Source: a virus
Virus record (IMG/VR): IMGVR_UViG_3300029882_000012
Span: 1-64,000 of that record
Length of the DNA: 64,000 nucleotides
Direction: 5' to 3' (one strand)
Shown: one piece after another, positions 60,969 through 64,000 of the stretch
How positions within the stretch are numbered: position 1 is the stretch's first letter
How the letters are laid out: every line of letters starts with the position of its first letter
The notes under the pieces: generated by a model
The model's database searches: none
Told to the model about the DNA's origin: nothing
What the model saw: only the letters and a program-made list of their open reading frames with translations
Position numbers and translations under genes: made by a program

Positions 60969-62359
60969 TATGTTGTTGTGCTAAAAGTTACCACCCCTGT
61001 TACATTACCTAAAATTGTTGACCTTGTAATGGTTAACGTGAAAAATACTTGACCTGTAGCGTTATAAGTCGGCCCTGTTATCGCTAATGTCGCTCCTACT
61101 ATATCTCCATTGTTTACCAATGGCACAATGTAGGTTTGATTAAAGATGTTTTGCTGTGTTGAAATCCATCCCGGTGCTAATGCTCCTGTTGACGGTAATG
61201 ATGGTAATGCCGAACCTTTAAACTGTGTGAAAAAGCTTAAAGCATCTGCACTCAATGCGTTTGCAACCCGGTTGTATTCTTGTTGTGATTCCGCAAATTG
61301 TATTCCTGTACAAGTTGCCCCGTCATTCCAGAAAAATCCACTTTCACCAAATTGTGTGCAAAGGAACATATACTGGCTATTACCTAAATTAGTAAAATCG
61401 CCATTCTGTCCTTGTGTAAGATTTCCAACTGGTGTACCTCCAGTTACTACATAGCCACCATTTGACGTTGTAAAGGCTGTATGCCCCGTTACACAGACAA
61501 ATGATTGCCCCGGTTGGTAGGTAACACCATTGTACACAATGGATGCGTTAAAAACGATATATGTAAGTCCTACCTGCATTACGCCACCTGTTCCCGAAAT
61601 CAAATTTTCGCCAACTACAATACCGTTGGTTAAATATGCTGTTGGGGTGGTGACTGGGCCGTCTGCTACCGCACCAAAACCATGACCTACACTAATCCTT
61701 GCAAAACGACCCAATGCCGACCCTACACCACCTACTCCATTTGGCTGTGTTCCTGTTATACACAAGCTTACCGATTGTGCTTGCTTGTTTGTCATCGTTG
61801 GCAATGTGGCTGAATTTAAAGTCGTATTCATATTATTTCCATCGAGTATTGCACTCCATTGAAAATAATTAGTGAACATCGATAATTCTGCTGCTTGTAT
61901 CGCCGCTAATGCTGTTAATACATCTGATAAAAATGGATTTGCACCGCTATTTGCCGTTGTTGGAACTGTGTAACAGAATCCAATCATTTTAGCTCTGTTT
62001 GCGGGGTTTGCTGATGCTGTAAATTGCACAAGTCCCGTAAATGTTGAGGTTGTTACGTATTGAGTGTAATTGTTGGTCACGCTTGGTACCACATACCACA
62101 ATAACGCTCCATCATTTAAACTTCCGTTGTAAAACTCATTTAAATGACCCCACATATAAACATTGTTGGCCTCGTCAAATGCTTGACTCATGCCTAATGC
62201 TTCGCCATCTTCCAAACTTGTTAGTAAATAGGCCGTATCTGTTTTAAGAGTGTTTCCTATTGGTAAACCGCAAACAAATATCATCATAACACCGTCCGAA
62301 CTGGCTGGTATTCCTATCTGATTGTTGTTTACGGAAATATTAATGTTGTGCGATGCCAT
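60968..62359 (-). CDS. contractile tail sheath protein
   Basis: 463 aa, canonical sheath-tube-chaperone-tape measure order. Confidence 0.7.
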   Translation of the reverse strand: MASHNINISVNNNQIGIPASSDGVMMIFVCGLPIGNTLKTDTAYLLTSLEDGEALGMSQAFDEANNVYMWGHLNEFYNGSLNDGALLWYVVPSVTNNYTQYVTTSTFTGLVQFTASANPANRAKMIGFCYTVPTTANSGANPFLSDVLTALAAIQAAELSMFTNYFQWSAILDGNNMNTTLNSATLPTMTNKQAQSVSLCITGTQPNGVGGVGSALGRFARISVGHGFGAVADGPVTTPTAYLTNGIVVGENLISGTGGVMQVGLTYIVFNASIVYNGVTYQPGQSFVCVTGHTAFTTSNGGYVVTGGTPVGNLTQGQNGDFTNLGNSQYMFLCTQFGESGFFWNDGATCTGIQFAESQQEYNRVANALSADALSFFTQFKGSALPSLPSTGALAPGWISTQQNIFNQTYIVPLVNNGDIVGATLAITGPTYNATGQVFFTLTITRSTILGNVTGVVTFSTTT

Positions 62360-62554
62360 TTACTTTTTTGGTTTACGAACGTACTTGCTATAATCAATTT
62401 CACCTGCGGGTTCGATAACATCACCGCTACTTTGGATATTTTCGGCTTTATTTAAGGCTGTCAATGGTTGATTTGATGTGTAATGTTTCATCATTTCATG
62501 CTGCATTTTAGCATTCATTGACAGCCTTTGTAATTCAGCTTTACTTTTTGACAT
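62360..62554 (-). CDS. hypothetical protein sharing a C-terminal module with 62541..62948
   Basis: ATG at 62554; '...KSKAELQRL...GDVIEPAGEIDYSKYVRKPKK'. Confidence 0.5.
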   Translation of the reverse strand: MSKSKAELQRLSMNAKMQHEMMKHYTSNQPLTALNKAENIQSSGDVIEPAGEIDYSKYVRKPKK

Positions 62555-62948
62555 ACTTAGTATAATCAATGTCTCCAGCGGGTTCTACCACGTCATTACC
62601 ACGATAATGAGTGTCATCTACTCTTAAACTGGTAACTCTTTCACGGTTGTCGGTGCGACCTTTTTTAGCTGCATCTTCTCTTAATTTTGAAGTAACAAGC
62701 ATTTGATCTAATTCCGCTTTGTTTTTAGGTATATTCAATCTGCTTATTTTAACCCGGTATGACATATCTTCATGCCCCTTGTTAAAACATTCAGAATGGT
62801 TTTTACTTTCATCCAATATATTCGGTTTTTCCGGGTCTGCTTGAAATATAGGGTACATATTTCCGTCTCCGTGTACCCATACTTCAGCATATACAGATAA
62901 TGCCGCCTTTATCATTGGTATATTTAATTCGTGTGTTCTTAGTTCCAT
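62541..62948 (-). CDS. hypothetical head/tail-junction protein
   Basis: '...KNKAELDQM...NDVVEPAGDIDYTKYVKK' C-terminus. Confidence 0.5.
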   Translation of the reverse strand: MELRTHELNIPMIKAALSVYAEVWVHGDGNMYPIFQADPEKPNILDESKNHSECFNKGHEDMSYRVKISRLNIPKNKAELDQMLVTSKLREDAAKKGRTDNRERVTSLRVDDTHYRGNDVVEPAGDIDYTKYVKK

Positions 62949-62966
62949 GTCTTTTATTTTTTGGTT

Positions 62967-64000
62967 TTACGATACATATTCAGGACCCCATGCGTACAAT
63001 GATACACCGTTTCCGTTTTGACGTAGTGGTGTAATACCCATACGAACATCTGCCGAAGCTTTGTAACCGTAAGATGATGGGTCTTGTATCATAAACACGT
63101 CTAAGTTCGCAATACCGATACCTACTTGGCTTGGGATGAAACCTAAGTTGGCTCCTGTTGCTACTGAAGGTATAATTGAGGTAGGCGACAATACTTGCGC
63201 TGTTTGCGGGTTAAATGCTGCTACTGCTGAACGTTGAGTGAAACGTGTGTGTGAAAATCCTAATTGATCCTGACCATTTGCATCAACCCATCTTGTTAGC
63301 AAGCTTTGTGCTTGGCCTGTTTGCTGAATTAATGTATAAGCATTCGATTCAAGCACCATTACAGGTTTTTCGTTTTCAAGGATGAAGTTTTGCTTGCTGT
63401 ATATTAATTGTGAAAGTAATATATCATTAAGCGTTGGGTTGTTTAAACTACCTTGAAAGAATGGACTATAAAAGAAGCCGTAAGGATTATCAGGGTTGCC
63501 ATTAAACACGGTTTGTTGTGGGGTTGTGAAACCACCGTTAGGGCTTACCGAAACACCAGTTGAGTAAAAAATGCTTGAGTGAGGTACCGATGCTGCTAAC
63601 GTGTATAGCAAGAAATCATCAATATACTGACCCATAACCGCAAAGTTCTGTGCCCATTGGGTGTCCATTTGGTTGTACCTTAATTGAGCCATTGTTATTG
63701 GTGTCCAAATAACAGGGTTCATAAAATACGGTGTAAGGTTCAATGAAACTGCTAAATCCGTGAATTGTTGCGATGCTGGATTAACTGGTTGTGAACCCCT
63801 GTAAATGGTAGGGTTCGAATTGATGTTAGCCCATATTAAACCTGTATTGTTTTCGGTTGATTCCGCTCCAAAAATTGGAATGTCATTTTTCCAGCTACCA
63901 TCCCTGAATAATTGGAATATCGCCAAATCAAGAAAGTCCATTGCAAACAAATCTGGTGATGCAAGGAAGTTGTCGGTTGCTGTTAACGTGGTGCGTGATT
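62967..64000 (-). CDS. putative major capsid protein (5' end may lie beyond the window)
   Basis: Size and position upstream of the sheath; the reading frame stays open from 63950 to the window edge. Confidence 0.4.
   Translation of the reverse strand, partial: SRTTLTATDNFLASPDLFAMDFLDLAIFQLFRDGSWKNDIPIFGAESTENNTGLIWANINSNPTIYRGSQPVNPASQQFTDLAVSLNLTPYFMNPVIWTPITMAQLRYNQMDTQWAQNFAVMGQYIDDFLLYTLAASVPHSSIFYSTGVSVSPNGGFTTPQQTVFNGNPDNPYGFFYSPFFQGSLNNPTLNDILLSQLIYSKQNFILENEKPVMVLESNAYTLIQQTGQAQSLLTRWVDANGQDQLGFSHTRFTQRSAVAAFNPQTAQVLSPTSIIPSVATGANLGFIPSQVGIGIANLDVFMIQDPSSYGYKASADVRMGITPLRQNGNGVSLYAWGPEYVS

Noticed and set aside
916-62247. About 45 plus-strand track ORFs lying inside minus-strand genes (for example 916..1290, 2012..2377, 3203..3592, 8477..8848, 15586..15987, 20956..21276, 21556..21975, 49122..49490, 58381..58662, 61146..61454)
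   Set aside because: They are antisense to longer ORFs that carry recognisable domains or sit in tightly coupled operons. Their translations are low-complexity and rich in Phe, Leu, Ser and Cys, as expected from the reverse strand of AT-rich coding DNA. None has a promoter or terminator context.

Overview
The window looks like one tightly packed phage genome segment with a contractile tail. It is AT-rich, about 90% of genes are on the minus strand, and many neighbours are joined by ATGA stop/start overlaps. Bacteroidota-type promoter boxes (TTTG..TAnnTTTG), signal peptides ending in 'AQ', and DUF4373/DUF5675-like proteins point to a Bacteroidota, probably Flavobacteriia, host.

Layout:
- 0.1-10.3 kb: accessory island with several glycosyltransferase-like genes, a methyltransferase, an acetyltransferase, GroES and a DEDDh exonuclease.
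- 10.3-36.3 kb: early, replication and recombination genes. These include a ParB-like nuclease, an XRE regulator, a DnaA-domain-IV-only protein, an HhH glycosylase-like protein, MazG-like protein, three DNA methyltransferases (one frameshifted), a VRR-NUC-like nuclease, an SMC-like ATPase, RNase H, a PP-loop ATPase, a complete tmRNA, DnaB, a DUF4373 replication protein and an exonuclease/annealase pair.
- 36.5-39.9 kb: a plus-strand cassette of small genes.
- 39.9-45.8 kb: lysis region with a GH24 endolysin, membrane and lipoproteins, an Rmf-like peptide, HNH endonucleases and an RNA ligase.
- 45.8-64 kb: fibres, baseplate, tape measure, frameshifted chaperone, tube, sheath and a putative capsid gene cut by the right edge.

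Most notable:
- a compact phage tmRNA with an unusual tag;
- the glycan-modification island;
- Sec signal peptides on fibre-like proteins;
- an ORF-free structured region at 12.7-12.9 kb;
- a duplicated promoter/operator element.

All calls come from reading motifs by eye; no searches were run. The ORF track shows alternative start codons as M. I reset starts only where an ATG or ATGA overlap was clear.
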